Assembly (NCBI GenBank): GCA_964648885.1
Contig: CAZYMK010000003.1
Location: 1 to 37,121, forward strand
Direction of reading: 5' to 3'
DNA from: an uncultured Geobacter sp.
GTDB lineage: Bacteria; Desulfobacterota; Desulfuromonadia; Geobacterales; Pseudopelobacteraceae
Length of the DNA stretch: 37,121 nt
Shown in pieces: positions 35,169 to 37,121 of this stretch. A program made the translations under genes and the position numbers. How positions within the stretch are numbered: the first letter of the stretch is position 1; every line of letters starts with the position of its first letter. The notes under the pieces were generated by a model. The model was given only the letters and a program-made list of their open reading frames with translations, was not told the DNA's origin and ran no database searches.

Positions 35169-35432
35169 CTAATTGTGGTTTTTTCCACTTTTAAAAGGAG
35201 AGAACGATGCTTCTGCAGGAGATGCTGAAAACAGCCCTCTCAGCATCGAATAGAACGTAACCAGTGCCGGTGCTGCCTGAAACAGAAGCACCAGCACGGC
35301 AAAGCCGATAAAGAACCAGATCAGCATTCCGCTGCCGACCTTGTCTGCAGCTGCCGAAGTTACTGCAGCTGCTGCCGAGCCTGCACTGCCGGCCAGTAGC
35401 GGAGCGATCAAAGTAAGTACGATTGTTTTCAT
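35169..35432 (-). CDS. Small membrane protein, QxxP family copy 5
   Basis: Start moved to MKTIVL (GGAGG RBS); PLLAGSA signal; LIWFFIGFAVLVLLFQAAPA. Confidence 0.85.
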   Translation of the reverse strand: MKTIVLTLIAPLLAGSAGSAAAAVTSAAADKVGSGMLIWFFIGFAVLVLLFQAAPALVTFYSMLRGLFSASPAEASFSPFKSGKNHN

Positions 35433-35481
35433 GGCACCCTCCAAATGGTACAACCTGATAATTAAAAGTTGTTTATCTAAG

Positions 35482-35498
35482 AGCATGCATCGTGCCAG
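35482..35498 (-). promoter_or_regulatory. sigma54 -24/-12 promoter 4
   Basis: Minus strand reads CTGGCACGATGCATGCT, GG-N10-GC spacing, 50 bp before 35432. Confidence 0.85.
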
Positions 35499-35596
35499 CC
35501 AGGGCAAACAACCAGATCTTGTGTATAACAGCAGGTAATCATGATTGATTTTTTTATGAAAAGCTGTTTTACAACGCTAAAAATGGACCTATGAAC

Positions 35597-35707
35597 TGTA
35601 TACAATAACAATACGCTGAACAGGTACAGTTCACGGCACCTACGACCATGCAGCAACTAACATCACAAATTAATTACTTATTTTAAGGTGTATGGATAAG
35701 TTATACA
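35597..35707 (-). promoter_or_regulatory. Candidate enhancer pair with an intervening IHF-like site
   Basis: TGTAT-N9-ATACG (35597-615), TGTAT-N9-ATACA (35689-707), AATTAA-TTAC-TTA (35668-80). Confidence 0.55.
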
Positions 35708-35749
35708 GGGCTCCGGGGTGTATATTGTTTTCCATGCGGAAAAATGTAT

Positions 35750-35783
35750 AAAAAAATCCCCCCCTGCTGCTGCAGAGAGGGAT
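35750..35783 (-). terminator. Intrinsic terminator after the multiheme cytochrome gene
   Basis: Minus strand reads ATCCCTCTCTGC-AGCA-GCAGGGGGGGAT followed by T6. Confidence 0.78.
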
Positions 35784-35808
35784 CATACTCATCGGTAGTA
35801 CAGACCGG

Positions 35809-37121
35809 TTACCGCGCAGTAACCGTCAACACCTTTTTACCTGACGTCATATCAACCACCGGCAGGGTTGGTATCGTGGTAATGCCGTAGTCCCGGGCAA
35901 GGTCGATATCCTTTGGTACCGCCTTCAAGAGCGCCTCGGCAACCTTCTGGTCTGCCTGCCGGTAACGTAATCTGGCCTCAACCGTGATCTGCTTACTCCC
36001 TTTGGGCAGCTGCAGACCGAACCAGGCATCTTTGTATCCCTTGGGCGGGATGGTCTCATGGCTGGAGAAGGCAGTTACCAACCAGGGGTCAATGGCAAAG
36101 TGCATATCGCTGCCCATGCCGTCAGAGCTGAATTTGCGCACGTCATCTGGTAGAGATCCGTCCTTGGTCAGTGAGCCGTTGGTCAACACCACGGTGCCTT
36201 TTTCATCTTTTGCAGTCACCTCAAGCCACATCTGACGAACATTGGTAAGCGACGTGGGCAGATTGTGGCCGGCACGGATATTCTTGACCCGCACCTTGAC
36301 CTCTGCCAGCCGACCATTCCGATAGTTAGGAGTGATCTCAAGTTCAGCCGCCTTCTGAAGCCGCTTCACCGCCATCTCGTACTGATGCATCAAGCGGGCA
36401 GCCTGATCCTTGTCTCCCGCCTTTTTTGCCGCTTCAGATGCAAGGAAATAGAGCAGGTAGTTGGCACCGTTAAAGTAGTGGCGATAGTCGCTTCGCTGCG
36501 GCTTGGTCATGGTGTCGGCTGCCTTGACAAAAGTATCGTGCCCGACCATATGGCAATCCTGGCAGTGGATATCCTTCTGGGCGTAGGGGCTGTACTTCCA
36601 TTCCCGATAGGTGGCCTCCAGGGGATAATGCTTGTCATAATGGAAGACCTGGTGGCAGGAGGCGCACAGGTCGGACTTGGCGTGGAAGTCAGTCTGCTTG
36701 CAGTCATGGAACCCGCCGCCGCATCCGTCCGTTGGCGTGTGAGGGCCACGCTTGACAAGCACCGGCCCATCTTTCCCGTCTTCACCGGGGCGCAGGGCCA
36801 ATGAACCGTTCTGGGGCTCCTTGCTGGGGGTTTTACAGGGGTGCAGGCTGCTGACCGAGTGGCAGACATCACAGGAAACACCGGCTTTGGCCACTGCTGA
36901 AAGCCCGCTCAGACCTGGTCCCTTTATTTCACCGGTAACCGTGGCTGCCGGTGTATGGCAGCTGGCACAGTGATTTGAAATACCACTGCCAACTTCCTTG
37001 ACCGCCTTGTTGTATTCCCCCTGATAGACCGGATCAATAAAGGCCAGACTGTGCAGTGACCCGTGCCATTCATCATACTGCTTCTGATGGCAACCGGCAC
37101 AGGTCTCCGGCTCAGTAAATG
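35809..37121 (-). CDS. Multiheme cytochrome c (c554-like N-terminal part), 5' end outside the window
   Basis: The frame is open to the window edge: ETCAGCH..QYDEWxGSLH, CASCH, CDVCH, CASCH, CQDCH (at least 5 hemes), then an AGHNLPT...RQMWLEV domain. Confidence 0.88.
   Translation of the reverse strand, partial: FTEPETCAGCHQKQYDEWHGSLHSLAFIDPVYQGEYNKAVKEVGSGISNHCASCHTPAATVTGEIKGPGLSGLSAVAKAGVSCDVCHSVSSLHPCKTPSKEPQNGSLALRPGEDGKDGPVLVKRGPHTPTDGCGGGFHDCKQTDFHAKSDLCASCHQVFHYDKHYPLEATYREWKYSPYAQKDIHCQDCHMVGHDTFVKAADTMTKPQRSDYRHYFNGANYLLYFLASEAAKKAGDKDQAARLMHQYEMAVKRLQKAAELEITPNYRNGRLAEVKVRVKNIRAGHNLPTSLTNVRQMWLEVTAKDEKGTVVLTNGSLTKDGSLPDDVRKFSSDGMGSDMHFAIDPWLVTAFSSHETIPPKGYKDAWFGLQLPKGSKQITVEARLRYRQADQKVAEALLKAVPKDIDLARDYGITTIPTLPVVDMTSGKKVLTVTAR

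Noticed and set aside
10540-37121. Mobile genomic island
   Set aside because: No integrase, transposase, tRNA or att repeat was seen; the visibly AT-richer stretches are mostly promoter regions and GC content was not computed.

Overview
The window looks like a Geobacteraceae-type (Desulfuromonadia) chromosome segment; this is inferred from gene content, not from a database search. 1-10.5 kb is housekeeping: a cyclophilin 3' end, a minus-strand run of prmA-rsmE-(Zn-ribbon protein)-mutL-miaA-hfq-DUF512 radical SAM-small OM beta-barrel, and a plus-strand PPDK regulator-OmpR family regulator-DegP/DegQ protease. 10.5-37 kb is a sigma54-wired redox island with five parts. (i) An Orange-protein (orp)-like cluster with its PAS/Cys activator. 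(ii) Two further sigma54 two-component systems, one with a c-heme periplasmic sensor and one hybrid kinase with a Cys-rich GAF. (iii) A cbcBA-like heptaheme/cytochrome b operon. (iv) A converging Hmc/Cbc4-like operon (HmcD-like peptide, pentaheme class III cytochrome, Tat Fe-S protein, NrfD protein, dodecaheme c7 polymer). (v) A partial multiheme cytochrome at the right edge. Four well-spaced -24/-12 promoters and three enhancer-binding proteins are visible. The least explained signals are: a five-member family of tiny membrane proteins sharing an F-x2-F-x7-Q-x2-P helix, one of which leads each of three sigma54 operons; two Asp-less receiver proteins; a kinase-less copy of the heme sensor; a shared TGTAT-N9-ATACA enhancer-like motif; and two palindromic elements built from heptamer repeats. 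No rRNA, tRNA, CRISPR array or transposase was seen.
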